Positions 46,321 to 59,358 of a stretch of DNA of 60,527 nucleotides are shown here, piece by piece. Position 1 is the stretch's first letter; every line of letters starts with the position of its first letter. Under the pieces are notes generated by a model. That model ran no database searches. It was not told the DNA's origin and saw only the letters and a program-made list of their open reading frames with translations. This stretch comes from Thraustochytrium aureum (lineage: Eukaryota), in assembly GCA_012862495.1 (NCBI GenBank), contig BLSG01000142.1:100051-160577 (forward strand), written 5' to 3'. A program made the position numbers and the translations under genes.

Positions 46321-46967
46321 TTAATTTGACTTTACAGAGGAGGTAGGCCAAGCAACCACCTGCTTGGTGGTGGTGGTGGTGGGGGGCCCAGTCGCGCCCG
46401 CTGAGAGCTCAGACCTGGATGATGTTGTTGTTGTTCTTGAGCTCGAGCTCGACGTTGCTCGTTTCCTCTTCGTCGGAACCGCCGTCGACAGAGAGAGAAT
46501 CACCACCCCACTCCACCCCTGTCGGCAAAGGCGACACCGCACGGTCGAATCGGTCAGGCTCGCTGTCGCTCGAGTCGAACGAATCACGCATATTGACCGC
46601 TAAGAGGGGAGGGGCCGCGGCCTCGTTGCTCAGCAGGCCTTGCTCGGAGGGAGCGCGCGTCCGACATGGCAAAGCCGGCGCCGCTGTCGCAGTCAACAAT
46701 TGCGATGCCGGCGTGCCTGCAGTCGTGCAGAAACGCGCCCTCGTCTTCTGGCTGGAAAGCAAACCCCGCCAGAACCTGGGCCCGGTTGTGGGCACGAGCA
46801 AGCAGACTTGGTCGCGCGACTTGTCGGTGATGGCGTTGCACCAGACGCCCAGGTTGGAGTTGCAGGCGTTGACCCGCTTTCTGAACAAGGTGACGCCCCC
46901 GTCGCGCGTGTCGAGCTCGCGGGAGCCGCACCCGATGTCGATCACAACGCGGCCATCGCGCAGAAAC
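46321..46967 (-). CDS. Fragment of a hypothetical protein (C-terminal part, frame uncertain, 5' part in gap)
   Basis: Coding-like minus-strand frames after the gap, with an acidic tail (DSFDSSDSEPD..DEEE). No reliable family. Confidence 0.3.
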
Positions 46968-48099
46968 CNNNNNNNNNNNNNNNNNNNNNNNNNNNNNNNN
47001 NNNNNNNNNNNNNNNNNNNNNNNNNNNNNNNNNNNNNNNNNNNNNNNNNNNNNNNNNNNNNNNNNNNNNNNNNNNNNNNNNNNNNNNNNNNNNNNNNNNN
47101 NNNNNNNNNNNNNNNNNNNNNNNNNNNNNNNNNNNNNNNNNNNNNNNNNNNNNNNNNNNNNNNNNNNNNNNNNNNNNNNNNNNNNNNNNNNNNNNNNNNN
47201 NNNNNNNNNNNNNNNNNNNNNNNNNNNNNNNNNNNNNNNNNNNNNNNNNNNNNNNNNNNNNNNNNNNNNNNNNNNNNNNNNNNNNNNNNNNNNNNNNNNN
47301 NNNNNNNNNNNNNNNNNNNNNNNNNNNNNNNNNNNNNNNNNNNNNNNNNNNNNNNNNNNNNNNNNNNNNNNNNNNNNNNNNNNNNNNNNNNNNNNNNNNN
47401 NNNNNNNNNNNNNNNNNNNNNNNNNNNNNNNNNNNNNNNNNNNNNNNNNNNNNNNNNNNNNNNNNNNNNNNNNNNNNNNNNNNNNNNNNNNNNNNNNNNN
47501 NNNNNNNNNNNNNNNNNNNNNNNNNNNNNNNNNNNNNNNNNNNNNNNNNNNNNNNNNNNNNNNNNNNNNNNNNNNNNNNNNNNNNNNNNNNNNNNNNNNN
47601 NNNNNNNNNNNNNNNNNNNNNNNNNNNNNNAGCAGGCCCTCCGCACCGATCCGCGACGGCTTCGGCGTCCGTCCCCGCGTGGGCACCTGCCGCTCGCTCG
47701 TCCGGCGTCCAGTCGATCGGGTCGCTGCGCAGCTCCGTCGCGGGCACAGCCTTCGCGCTCGACGAATGTCTCACTGCGCGGCATTGGCAGTGCCTCGCGC
47801 ACTCTCGCGCCTCCACCCTACCTTCCCTATCCTACTTAAAATCCGCGCGCGCTGAAAAGCCTAGTGCTTTCCCTATACGCTCTGCGAAACGCCTTTCTGG
47901 TTCACGGTAAACACACAAAGTCCGCGGAATGCAGCGTGGGACGGAAGTGAAGCGTGACGCTCGCGCCGGACGCAACGAACAGCGAGTGTACCCTGCCGCA
48001 TCTCCACATGCGTTTGATCGGAACGGGAGCACACTCCGTGGTGAAGCCACCCTCCAGTCGCATGAACGCGCAGAGTTGACGCAAACCGCCAGCACGCGT

Positions 48100-48102
<3 letters not shown>

Positions 48103-48141
<39 letters not shown>
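48103..48141. repeat. (CAGG)n microsatellite
   Basis: Perfect caggcagg run. Confidence 0.95.
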
Positions 48142-49471
48142 CGTGTTCGTGACACCAACGCGCCGCGATGGATGCAATGGTGTCGTCAAGTCGTCGCTGT
48201 TCTCATGAGAGGGAGTGCGTGAGGCCGTCACGAGGATGAATTCACGTTCTCCCGCGGTTGGTTGGACAAAGCGCGCGGTGCGGTCACGACAGCTGAGCTT
48301 CCTCCGGAGCGTGTTCCTCTACTAGCTACTCAGTAGTAATGTCAACCCTTGGTCGGCACTGTCTTTCGCCACGCGCACAATCCTGCCCCGCACTCGCGTC
48401 TCCGCTCGCAGTCCGCGGTCGCCGGTCCTCGCGCGGTGGAGCTCGCGCAGGCACTTACGATTACCTTGGCCGAGCGCGGAGAAGCGGGCAGATAGGGCGG
48501 GAGCTGGTGCGCGGGCGGAGTGATATCGAGGAAGAGCCAATTCCCGTTCCCATTCCCGCCCTTTTACAGCCTCACAACCGCAGTGTGAGCGAGGAGAACC
48601 CGCCGCCTCTGATGAGGGCGGGGGAGCCAGCGTAGAAGTGTTTTTTTCAAAATTCAACTTCTTTCGTGGAACACACCTCCATCCATCGACGCCCTTTGGT
48701 CCGTCCGCAGCCCGCTCTCGCGCGCCGGTCACCACGTCACGAAGGCGTCCCCTGTGACGAGCCGGCCGCGCGCAACGGGTTTTTGTTGAGAGGTTGGTTT
48801 TTCTTCCGTGCTCTGGCTTGCTGCGCGCTGCTTTCACGGTGCTTTGCGCGTTTTTCGCAGGGTTTTCGCTGGTTTTCCGCTCCTCCCCTCGCCGCATCTG
48901 TTCTGTTCCTGTGGAGCGCGCCTCGCTTTGGCATGGCTTGCCTCGTTGCACTGCCGCCTTTCTTCCTGCCCACACCACACCGCCTCCTCCCTCCTCTACT
49001 CCGCAGCGACTGAGGAGTGGGCCGGCCAGGGCGCAATCGGAATTGGTCAAGGTCGCGAGCCACCAGGCAGCTTGCTTGCTCGCTTGCTTGCTTGCTTGCT
49101 TCCTTCCCGCGCTCACCCGCAGTCTCGAACGAACGCCTCGCGCTGTCGCTGGCGGCCGAGCAGACCTCGATGCTTGCCAGACGACAAGGGAGGAAGGATA
49201 CACGCACGCCACCGACCTGACGCAGCAGCAGAGACCGGGGCTGGGAAAGCGCGTGCCCGCCGGTAGAAGGGTTGGCTACCTGGCTGGGCGCCGGCGTGGT
49301 CGTCGTTGGTTTGGCGCCAAAGGCCCAAGGCGGCGACGCAAACGCTCGCGAACTGCTGCTGCGCGCTCGCAGGCTGGGCTGGAAAGGAAAAAAAGACCTG
49401 GACGCGGGGGCCGGCCTGGCGAAAGGCGAGGTGGCGACCCTCGGGCGTGCGCGCTCGGGCGCGGCGAGGAG

Positions 49472-51915
49472 ATGATGACCAAGGCCAACGCCTTGAGGCC
49501 CCGGCTGTCCTTGAGAAGGGGCGCCTCCACCAAGTCGCTGAGCAACGAAGAGGCCGAGGTCGAAAACACGGTGGAGGCGCTCATGTACGAGGCGCGCGTC
49601 CTCGGCATCGGGGGCGACGTGTACGGCCTCAAGTGGCGGTACGGCAGCGCGGACGAGCCCCGCATCCTGGTCGGTGGCTGGCTCTTCCAGGTGAGCAAGG
49701 ACATCCTCTTGAAGAAGAAATCCAAGGGCAAGCTGGCGTTTTTCATCCTGGACGACGCAAACGGGATGCTCCGCCAGTGCAAAGACGAAACAGGGACGTA
49801 CTCGTACCGCAACATCGAGTTTCGAGACATTGCGGCCGTCCGCGCAGACTTTGACAAAGCCAGCGAGGCCGTTTACCTGCGGCTTTCCCCGAAGAAGGGC
49901 AGCGACTGGTTGATGACCCCCATCCAGTCGACCAACGATGACATCGTCGCGAGGTGGGTCGCCGCGCTCAGGCACAGGGCTGGCCTCTTCTCCGACGCGG
50001 TTCGCAAGGAGGCCGCGGCGGCCGAGCGCATCGCGCTCTGGATGCAGTCCCTCGTTCGCATGCGGCAGGCCATTGAGCGCGCCGAGCGCCGCCGCGAGCG
50101 CCGCGCGGGTTTCCTCAACAAGCTCTCTGGCATGGTCTACGGCTACGACGACAGCGAATCGGAGGCCGAAAGCGAGGAGGAGCTCGACAGCGAGTCGGAC
50201 ATGCGCGGCCAAAGCGACAGCTCTTTCCTCGTGACCTTCGTGAGCGCGCTCGCCGCAGACATGTACGACAACACGTTCGGCGTGGTGGACCCGAAGCCTG
50301 CGAGTTCCGGTGCAAAGGCCAAGCGCTCCAGCAAGCTGTTCAAGCACCGGTCGCTGTTCAAGCCCAAGCAGCCGGCAGGCGCCGTCTCCGCAACCGCGCC
50401 CGCCGACGAGCTCGTGCGGAGCGAGTCGTACGTGCAAGACTCGTTCGGCACCGTTGCGCCCCTGCAGCCCTTCGAGCTGGAGGACGAGCTGTGGGAGAAC
50501 GAGCGCTGGCAACTGAAACAGGGGTGGAGCACCACCTCGCTTCTTCCAACCGACCGCGCCGCCTTCACGGACAGGCTCGGCCGCGGCAACTGGCAGAGCC
50601 TCGACCAGTACGACACGCCCCAGGGCTGGAAAGTGACCGCCGACTGGCAGCTCGACCTCAGCGGCCAAGTCTCCGGCCGGTGCGGCACTGACGGGTACAC
50701 GTATGCGATCGACTTTCCGCCTCTGACGCCGACCTCGCGCGCGGGACGCCGCGCATCAGCAAAGGCGTCCGCACGATGGTGCGCCATCGGCGCTACTTTC
50801 GCCGCCGCGTGCCAGAGCGCACTCCGCGAGCAGAGAGCTTTGTCGTCTGGCACGGCTGGCTCGGGCGGAAAAACGCAAGCAGCGGGCGTTGGCACAACCG
50901 ATACTTTGTGCTCACGCGCGGCTTGCGCCTGCACGGCAAGGTCACGGGCGTGGCGCTCTCGTACTTTCGCGCCGAGTTCACGGACCACCTCGCCATCGTG
51001 GGCTCCAACGACCTCGAGGCCTGGAACGCGCTCACATCGCGCCACCTGCGCACCTTCAACCTGGACGGGGCCCTTGTGCACGACGTTGCCGTCAGAAGCG
51101 GGACGAGCAGGCGCCCCGCCAAGCCGCTCTGCTTCGAGGTCCGCGTCGCGTCCGTTGACCGACCGTCGCTCATCCTGAGCGCCGACTCTGCCATCTGCAA
51201 GGATAATTGGATGGGTGCCGTTCAGCACGCAGTCAAGGACCAGATCAACCGCTTCACGCTGACCAAGTCGCTCGACCTCGGCCGCACGGGGCAGTTCAAC
51301 GAGATCGCGCAGTACGACAACTCTGTGCTGGACCGCCTTTTGCCAATCAGCGTTGACGAGGCCTTTGATCTGCTCTTTTTCGACAAGGACTTTGACGCCG
51401 AGTTTGTGCGCCTCTGCCAGTTCAAGTTGGAGGAGCTCGAGCGGTGGTCGCAGCAAAAGAGCAAGGGCTCGCGCCGGAAGGCCATCTACACGAACCGCAA
51501 GCGGCAGCACCAGATTTTCAAGCACAAGGTTGTGCACGCCGAGCCGGGCGAGGGATTCCAGGTCGACATGTCGATCCAGAGCCCGCAGGCTGCCTGGGGC
51601 AACATTTACCAGGACGAGATCCGCATTGTTCTCTCCAATTGGAAGGACAAGTACGCTCGCCTCTGCATCACGCACCGCGTGCAATTGCGCTCGGAGGACG
51701 AGACGGTTCGCACCTTTGTCGAGTCCAACGCGCGCCGTCTTGTTCTCGAGCTCTTCACTGAACGGTGGCTCCCGCTTGTCACGCGCACGCTTCGCGAGAG
51801 GCGCCGCAAAAAGGCTGAGGTGTCCAAGCCCAAGGCTCTCTCGTCCCCGTCGGGTATCAACTACCGCGTGGACCATTTCGCCCGCACGATTCACGCGCCA
51901 GGCTATTCTTACTGA
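49472..51915 (+). CDS. PH - IQ-like - dysferlin (DysF) - PH - VASt/StARkin-like protein; frameshift ~50720-50770
   Basis: PH1: VGGWLFQ..FFILD..VARWVAALR. IQ-like: WMQSLVRMRQA. DysF: LWENERWQ..GWS..LLPTDR..PQGW..DWQLD..DGYTYAIDF..VRHRRYFRRR. PH2: GWLGRK..GRWHNRYFVL..CFEV..LILSADS..KDNWMGAV. VASt-like: LPISVDEAFDLLF..SPQAAWGNIYQDEIR..RLCITHRVQL. Confidence 0.7.
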
Positions 51916-52139
51916 TTTTTGACAAATACGTTTGCTTGCATCGCCTGCCCTGCGCCCGAGTTGCCGCCCAACGCGTTCTATTGCTGGGCCTGGTTGGCGT
52001 CCTGGTTGGCGCGACGATGCAAGCCAACGGCCCCGCAGCGAGCGCGTCTCTCATCTCAATCATCACTCAGCTCGACGTCGGGCCGGAGCCATCGGCCAAG
52101 ACAAAGACAAAGACAAGAGCACAACGCGGAGGCGCGAGC

Positions 52140-52180
52140 CAGCCAGAAACCAGCCAGCCAGCCAGCCAGCGAGCCAGCCA
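52140..52180. repeat. (GCCA)n microsatellite
   Basis: Imperfect gccagcca run. Confidence 0.85.
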
Positions 52181-52926
52181 GGGCCGCCAGCGCAGCCCAT
52201 CCCGCGGCGCATCGACCTGGGGCCGGGGCAGGCCACCCTTGCAAAACGAAGACGAAAAATGCGAGAAAAACAGCGACCAACTCGGAGAAAACAAAAACAA
52301 AAAGAAACTGGTCGAGCAGAAAATGGTGTTCCGTAGGAACAGAGGGAACAGAGACCCAATAGCGCGACGACGACAGGCGGCAGCATCGCAGCGAGGGTTG
52401 GCGCGGCCCGCGCGCCACCAGCCGACAGGCGCACCGATCCTCTCGCGCGCCCCGCCTGGCCTGCTGCCTCCTGCGCTGCGTTTCGCTTCGAGGTGTTTTG
52501 GATCGGAGATTTGTTCTGGATCGGCCTTGTTCGCGTGGCGGCGGTGGCGGCGCGGCGCGTGCTTGACGACCTGCGCCGGAGATCAGATNNNNNNNNNNNN
52601 NNNNNNNNNNNNNNNNNNNNNNNNNNNNNNNNNNNNNNNNNNNNNNNNNNNNNNNNNNNNNNNNNNNNNNNNNNNNNNNNNNNNNNNNNNNNNNNNNNNN
52701 NNNNNNNNNNNNNNNNNNNNNNNNNNNNNNNNNNNNNNNNNNNNNNNNNNNNNNNNNNNNNNNNNNNNNNNNNNNNNNNNNNNNNNNNNNNNNNNNNNNN
52801 NNNNNNNNNNNNNNNNNNNNNNNNNNNNNNNNNNNNNNNNNNNNNNNNNNNNNNNNNNNNNNNNNNNNNNNNNNNNNNNNNNNNNNNNNNNNNNNNNNNN
52901 NNNNNNNNNNNNNNNNNNNNNNNNNG

Positions 52927-53626
52927 GTTTCGCGTGCTTGATCCCAAGGTGAGCAACATGGGCCACGTGCACGAGCGCGCCGAGCTGCTGCGCGAGCGCA
53001 TTCAGGCCTGGGACGAGCGGGAACCAGGGGAGCGCGTCTTTCTGATCTCGCACTCCATGGGCGGCCTCGACGCCCGCCACATGATCTCCAACCTGGCCGG
53101 CGACGAACTGGTCGAGACGCTCGTGACGATCGGGACGCCGCACCTGGGGTGCTGCGTCGCAGACTTGATCGTGGACGAGGCCCCGCTCATCCCGGACCTG
53201 TACACCAAACTCGAGCGACTCGGGCTCTCGCTCAAGGCGCTCGAGTGCCTCACGCGGCGGTACGCCAGGGAGTTCAACAAGGTTTGCCCCGACTCGGAGC
53301 GGGTGCGGTACTTTTCGCTCTCTGGCCAGAAAGGCGACGAAGCCAAGGACTATTCGCCGATTTTGCGGCCCACGCTCCGATTTGTGGCGCAGCGCGAGGG
53401 GCCGAACGACGGCATGGTGAGCGTGTCCTCGTCAAAGTGGGGCAAGCATCTGGGCGTGCTGCCCTTTGACCACATCGAGCAGATCGATCGCGTCCCGGTC
53501 TACGATCGCGTTCTGGCCGTTCTTTTTGGCAGCCAGACCGTCGCGAGCGCGGCTCCGTTCGTGCCGGTGGAGACGGCTGGCGCAGCGGCTGTCGCGCCGG
53601 CAGGAACGACGACTTTTGCGGGCTAG
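52927..53626 (+). CDS. Alpha/beta-hydrolase triacylglycerol lipase (TGL2 / family I lipase-like); 5' end in gap
   Basis: Nucleophile elbow ISHSMGGLDAR, VTIGTPHLG, catalytic Asp in PNDGMVS and His in FDHIEQI. Confidence 0.85.
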
Positions 53627-54250
53627 GCTTGCCTGCACCAGGCAGGCCGCCGGCTCGGTGTTCCGCTGGAACCTTATTACTACCCCTATTCGCTCGTATT
53701 GTCGAGTCCGCCCTCCTGTTCGTGCGCTCGATCAGGGCACTGCCCTGCTATTTGTTATTTTTGCGCGGCGCCGAGCGCGCGCAGGTCCCCTATAGATATA
53801 GATAGATCGTACCTGGCGACCGAACCCTGTATCAAATGAAAGTTCAGTTTGCCACTCCTCGTGTCCAATCGGAGCAGCCCAAGCTCCAGAACGGCTTCTG
53901 CGCCAGCCTTGGTCCCCGGCGCCCGGCTCAAGGGAGGCGCTGCGAACGTCACGGTGGCAAGGCTCCAAAAGAACGAATGATCACTTTGGTCAAGAACAAG
54001 TCCTGTGTACCTACACGAGCCCCGAGCCGAGCAAGGTCCGTAGAGCAAGCAAGCCGAGCAGGCCGTGGCCCTGCGCCGCTCAAGCCCTCAAACCTCGCCC
54101 CGGCAGAGGAGGCAACCGACCCGGGCGCGCACAAACTATCACACAGACAGGTAGGTAGCAGGCAAACATGCAAATTGCAGACAACCAGGCAACGACACAG
54201 GCAGGCGGTGACAATTAAACAGAGCGGAAGGCGTCTGCCCAGAGAGCGGC

Positions 54251-54594
54251 TCAGGCACCATCCATGTCGAATTGCTCCACAAAGTCGTCCTGATCATCGT
54301 CCGCAGCTGCCACGCGCTCGTCGTCGTCCTCCTCTTGAGCAAACATGAGTTCATCCGACGCACTGCGCAAGCCCATCGGCCCGCCCTCGACTGGCCGGCT
54401 TGGTGGCCCGCCGCCGTCCATCGACACCGGCAGCAGGGCCTCGCCGGCCGCCGACCCGGCGCCGTGCGCCGCGCCGGGAGCGTCTAGGTCCAAATCGCCC
54501 ATTTGCCTCGCCAGCGGCGAGGGCTCCGTCAAGCTGAGCGACCTGATCGCCGAGAAGACCTCGCCGCTCGAGGGCTCCATTCTCGAGCCACGGT
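54251..54594 (-). CDS. C-terminal fragment of an acidic disordered protein ending in a TOS-like motif (QFDMDGA)
   Basis: Open frame after the gap: ..SLTEPSPLARQM..EEDDDER..DDFVEQFDMDGA*. Confidence 0.45.
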
Positions 54595-57402
54595 NNNNNN
54601 NNNNNNNNNNNNNNNNNNNNNNNNNNNNNNNNNNNNNNNNNNNNNNNNNNNNNNNNNNNNNNNNNNNNNNNNNNNNNNNNNNNNNNNNNNNNNNNNNNNN
54701 NNNNNNNNNNNNNNNNNNNNNNNNNNNNNNNNNNNNNNNNNNNNNNNNNNNNNNNNNNNNNNNNNNNNNNNNNNNNNNNNNNNNNNNNNNNNNNNNNNNN
54801 NNNNNNNNNNNNNNNNNNNNNNNNNNNNNNNNNNNNNNNNNNNNNNNNNNNNNNNNNNNNNNNNNNNNNNNNNNNNNNNNNNNNNNNNNNNNNNNNNNNN
54901 NNNNNNNNNNNNNNNNNNNNNNNNNNNNNNNNNNNNNNNNNNNNNNNNNNNNNNNNNNNNNNNNNNNNNNNNNNNNNNNNNNNNNNNNNNNNNNNNNNNN
55001 NNNNNNNNNNNNNNNNNNNNNNNNNNNNNNNNNNNNNNNNNNNNNNNNNNNNNNNNNNNNNNNNNNNNNNNNNNNNNNNNNNNNNNNNNNNNNNNNNNNN
55101 NNNNNNNNNNNNNNNNNNNNNNNNNNNNNNNNNNNNNNNNNNNNNNNNNNNNNNNNNNNNNNNNNNNNNNNNNNNNNNNNNNNNNNNNNNNNNNNNNNNN
55201 NNNNNNNNNNNNNNNNNNNNNNNNNNNNNNNNNNNNNNNNNNNNNNNNNNNNNNNNNNNNNNNNNNNNNNNNNNNNNNNNNNNNNNNNNNNNNNNNNNNN
55301 NNNNNNNNNNNNNNNNNNNNNNNNNNNNNNNNNNNNNNNNNNNNNNNNNNNNNNNNNNNNNNNNNNNNNNNNNNNNNNNNNNNNNNNNNNNNNNNNNNNN
55401 CGTTCTCTCTCGGATAAACACATCCAGGAAACTCCGAGGGATATTGGGAGGACGCGAGAGGAGGGATTCGAAAAGGGGGAAATTCGACGATGTTTTGCTT
55501 CGGTTTATGCAGTTTCGTTGGGAGGAGAGGAACGCACGAGGGAGGCGCGGCTGAGAGCGGAGACGCGGGCGCCTCACATGGGTTGCAGAGGGGCGCGCGG
55601 GGATCCCTCTCTCGTCGTGAGGTGCTTTATTGCGAGGAAACTGGTTTTTGAGCGCGAGGTTTGTGAGGGGTTTGCAGGGCTAGAGTTAGTCCGGCTGGAG
55701 GGTATATTTCACCGGAAGGAGAGAGGACTCGAGGATTTTGTGGGGGTTTGTGGGAGGAGGCGCAACGCGATGGGGGCGGAACGTGCCCATGCAATGCTCA
55801 TGCAACGCTGCGATTTGAGGTTTACGGATTGCATTTGCATTGGTTTTGCCAGGCTGGGCTCGAAGCTCGAGCGGTCATTGATTGATCTCTAGCGAGTCGA
55901 CGGAGTCGGGAAGTGGTGGGACGCGGAGGTCCTGCGTCGGCAGGCAGCAGGCAGGCCTGCCAGCCGAGCCTACTCCGTTCTGCTTTTAAGGCGAGCCCAG
56001 GGCAGTTGGCATTGCCGTCGCACGTTTGGATGCAAGGTACTCTGCTCTACTAGGAGTACTGCAAAGAAAAGCTGCGGCTCGATCGCACCTCCAAGCCCTC
56101 GCTGCCGTTCTTCTGCTCGAGAAAGCGGCCGGCCGGCCGGCGGCGGTCTTACTTCTACATGCTCTCAAGCTCGCACGCCGGCGCAGGACGACGCGAGCGT
56201 GGACAGAATGGCTGCGAGGCTCGTGCTTCCGCCAGCCGGCGGAGACCAAAGCTACTTGTACACTCGGAGGGCCTCGACCGTGACCGCGGGGGCCATTTCT
56301 AATGTTGCTCGTTTTGGAGCATTGTGGTGGCTGACGAAAAAAAGTTCACCCAGGTTCGCAGCGGGTCGCCCCTTGGATGCGCATTCTTGGCGTCCGTTTC
56401 CGGTTTGCATTACATGTCTTCAAAACTGCGGCAGACCTGAACGCCGGCTTGCTCAACAGGACGCTCGCGCTCGTTGGCGAAAAGTCTGCTCGGCCGGGCA
56501 GATCGGCCTGGCCCTCGCGACCGTCGCCGACGCGCCAGAAGAGCAGCTAACGCGCACCATCCCGCTCGTTGCCTGGTAGCCTTTGTCATAAGCGTCTCCG
56601 CAACTCTCGGTGTGGCAAACGACGCCCGCCCTGTACAACACCGCCCAAGTGGTCGGCTTGGTGCTTTTTTGTTTGAGCGCTTAAATGTCTGCCGCGTCCA
56701 TGATGTACTACAGAGCAGACGGCGGGCTCTGTCAATTCGCCAGACCATACGCCTCAGCCCTCGTGGTGCGGTGGAACTGCTCTGCCGTGACAGGAATGAG
56801 TTTTGTTATGAGTTTTGTTTTTATCCCCTCGCTTCGGCAGCACCGAGGAGTTTTGAATTCGGTCTACTTCGTTACGGTTGGCGCAGATTGCCGTGAGATT
56901 GAGCCAGAACTTCGCCCATGTCGCCAATCAACGCTGCGGTTGGCTGAACGATGCTCATCGTTGCGTAAAACACCGACGGCGGGTCCACGGACCGGAGAAA
57001 GGTCATGTTGAATGACCTTTGCTTGATGGATTCGCTGCGTACAGGTCGCTGAGCGTGGNNNNNNNNNNNNNNNNNNNNNNNNNNNNNNNNNNNNNNNNNN
57101 NNNNNNNNNNNNNNNNNNNNNNNNNNNNNNNNNNNNNNNNNNNNNNNNNNNNNNNNNNNNNNNNNNNNNNNNNNNNNNNNNNNNNNNNNNNNNNNNNNNN
57201 NNNNNNNNNNNNNNNNNNNNNNNNNNNNNNNNNNNNNNNNNNNNNNNNNNNNNNNNNNNNNNNNNNNNNNNNNNNNNNNNNNNNNNNNNNNNNNNNNNNN
57301 NNNNNNNNNNNNNNNNNNNNNNNNNNNNNNNNNNNNNNNNNNNNNNNNNNNNNNNNNNNNNNNNNNNNNNNNNNNNNNNNNNNNNNNNNNNNNNNNNNNN
57401 NN

Positions 57403-57748
57403 TGAGCTCGTTCGTCGGCGGGGCGTTCGGCACCGGCAGGCGTCCGCAACTCCCTTGCTGGATGTGAACCTTCTCAAAACTGTGGATCGGCGGAGTGTCA
57501 GGTACATCAGAATAGACGACGAAGTTGACCAGGAACCCATCGCGCTGCGGTTCAAGGTGATTGCCTTGATTAAATCTGTCGCTGTTCTCAACCAGACTCT
57601 TGCACATCTCCCTTTCGACGACCTTGGGCCCTGGTGTTGCGAGCTCGGCTCCAAAGCCCTGCAAGGCGGCCGCCTCTTGCGGTACGCTCACAGATTGACT
57701 CGTCTGGATCCACGCGCTGAGCACCACCGCAGCGACGAGAATGTGCAT
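57403..57748 (-). CDS. Possible secreted hypothetical protein, N-terminal fragment (runs into gap)
   Basis: MHILVAAVVLSAWIQTSQS is signal-peptide-like. Downstream frames contain stops, so this may be a pseudogene. Confidence 0.3.
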
Positions 57749-59358
57749 CTTCCCTCAACTCCCGGTAGAGTGCCTTACTGTACCGCTGTCACGATTTCGC
57801 TGCTAGATGCGAGCGCGCTCGACAGTGCTGCAGTCTCTCTCTGGGCAGCGTTGGTGAAGAACGGGCTCGATCTGGGTCTGCCAGTGCTTGCTCGACCGCT
57901 TCCTGCTCAGGCTCGCACGTTGCTAGCGCTCATGACGTTGATCTCTTCGCGCTTCGAAAGCAGAACAGGAAATACTGAAGAGAGGGACGCTGAACACCAA
58001 CTCGATGAAAATTGCCGGACCTACAGGCACGGTGACATCGCGCCGAATTCGGTCCCCTGACCAAGGACTCTCCTTGCTCTGACGCACACTGCCAGTGCTG
58101 CACTAACCACAGCTGGTTGGTTCAACGGCCGAAGAGATCGGTTTTGGGTGGGCCGGGCCGGTTTGGGACAAAATGCGAAGAGTCCATCAATTGCGGACTG
58201 ATGGTGCTCCTTCGGAGTTTCCGTAACGTGTCTCCTCACAACGGAGTGCGGCACACTCGAGCCAGCTTGGACCCGGTCTGCCGCCGTTCGACTGAACCAC
58301 GATAGCGGCCTGTGCCGCTTCCTGAACGCAACGAGCTGACCAAGCCGGTCGTCCTTGCTGTTCAAAACCATCCAGGATCGTCCTTGGAACGGCACCTGCA
58401 CAAGCACAAGCTAGTAGAGAGAATTCGTCAGCTGGCCGGTTTCATCGCGCCGGGAGCGCCGCAGCAGTATCGTGCCTATCCAACTACTGAACGGCTGATC
58501 CGGGACGATGTCGCACGCTCCGCGATCTCACTGAACCTTGTTTTCACGTGTCCTTGAACCTTGCCCACGTACACTGGGGATCTCGCTGCGGTGATTGGTT
58601 TCTGAACCCAACGCATCGCCCAGCAACTACGCCTTTGGGACCAAGCGTTGCTTGAGGTGCCTCGTCCTGGGCATTGCGGTGCCGAGGAAAGCCTCTTGTA
58701 GCTGATGTCAAGCCGTGCAGCGGCGGAACTAATGAGGCAAAAAAAATCGCTTGTTCATCGCGGGGGCTGAGCCGTGGCGCGCGAAGCTTGTGCTGGGCAA
58801 GCGCGCTGTTGGCCTTGGCGGCGCCGACACGACTTGGCAATGCCAAAGCTTTTCGCAGCTTTGCAATCTCAACTTCGGCCGCCTTTACTTTGGGCGCGCT
58901 CGCTGGGGAAGGTGGAGCGATTTGAGTTTTGTCGTGCTTCGATGCGGGGCGAGCAGGGCAGAGAGCGAGTACGCGCATAGCGACGAACGAGCGCGTCTTG
59001 GTCTAGTGCGAGGAACGCCTTTGCGCGACCGCGCGAGCTGCTGCCTCCCGCCGTGAGGTGGCGAAGACCAGTAACGCTTCGGATGAGATTATGTGCCTGC
59101 ATGGCTCGGTGCTCGCCGAGGCATCGACTTTGTTTTGAGACGTCCAAGAAACACGCAGCTACCTGGGCGTCGGCGCGGTCAAGCAAGGAGCTAGATGCAA
59201 CAAAATCGCTTCATCAGCTGGAAGGTTCGCCCTCGCACGCGCGCCCTAGGGAGGCGGTGCTGCGAACAACCGCCAGACTGCTACAGCTTACTAAAAGGGG
59301 GAGAACGGGAGCCAGTCGGCCAAGAAGGCGCGGCCGCCCAAGTCGCGCAGCCAGAGCC

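Noticed and set aside
46900..46967. VVIDIGCGS as a SAM-methyltransferase motif I
   Set aside because: It lacks the following Gly and the downstream motifs, and the fragment is short and next to a gap. Not supportable.
1218..51915. Pervasive frameshifts as programmed ribosomal frameshifting, RNA editing or mass pseudogenisation
   Set aside because: The shifts I could resolve are +/-1 changes in short homopolymers (CCC 1288, A-runs 6262/7788/8111, CC 35920, AAA 39590) in both directions, with no shared slippery motif or stop context, in otherwise intact conserved genes. This is typical of homopolymer sequencing error in a gappy draft.
55401..59350. Transposon or viral insertion in the lower-GC, gene-poor stretch
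   Set aside because: I saw no terminal repeats, target-site duplications or transposase/RT/capsid motifs; only short ORFs with stops. It may be decayed sequence, but no call is supportable.
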